Source: Mobula birostris
Taxonomy: Eukaryota
Direction of reading: 5' to 3'
Length of the DNA stretch: 64,000 nt
Assembly: GCF_030028105.1 (NCBI RefSeq)
Contig: NC_092380.1
Coordinates: 11,869,123-11,933,122, forward strand
The translations under genes were made by a program, and so were the position numbers. The notes under the pieces were generated by a model, which was given only the letters and a program-made list of their open reading frames with translations, made no database searches and was not told the DNA's origin. Shown one piece after another: positions 63,757 to 64,000 of the stretch (positions are counted from its first letter, which is position 1; each line of letters begins with the position of its first letter).

Positions 63757-64000
63757 CACCATCATCATTACTTGCCATGTCATTCATATGATGTGGGTGA
63801 TAATGGTCTTTCCATGTCCTCGGCAAATTTTTCTACAGAAGTGGTTTGCCATTGCCCTCTTCTGGGCAGTGCCTTTACAAGATGGGTGACCCCAGCCATT
63901 ATCAATACTCTTCACAGATTATTGATTATTGATGGTACACTCCACACGGTGTTTGTCTGCCTGGCGTCGGTGGTCGCATACCAGGACTTGTGATGGGTAC
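63757..64000 (-). mobile_element. RTE-related SINE-like element, same family as 20835-21198
   Basis: Reverse-complement similarity; (cat)n tail. Confidence 0.55.

Overview
Vertebrate genomic DNA, AT-rich and dense in repeats. The repeat families (HE1/V-SINE-like SINEs, CR1, Rex1/Babar, RTE, Penelope with hammerheads) point to a cartilaginous fish, probably a ray; this is inference. Three minus-strand, multi-exon protein-coding genes can be assembled by hand from splice sites and phases. (1) A complete WBP11/SIPP1: 11 coding exons, 33359->11980, 634 aa. (2) An unnamed 4-exon, ~140-aa acidic protein gene (7178->411) with an RFX X-box next to its ATG. (3) A 4-exon, 166-aa single-Ig receptor (58312->45056) that the ORF track shows only in part. 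It has leukocyte-receptor-complex (LRC) hallmarks: a split leader with a 36-nt mini-exon, an FxLYKEG Ig domain, an Arg at the start of the transmembrane helix and a short tail, so it is a candidate activating FcR-gamma-coupled receptor. Other candidates: a stop-containing cassette exon in WBP11, a divergent spliced transcript from the WBP11 promoter, two inverted solo LTRs bracketing the receptor's Ig exon, and many short Penelope-derived insertions carrying minimal hammerhead ribozymes. Exon coordinates were counted by hand. Repeat boundaries are approximate. No database searches were run.
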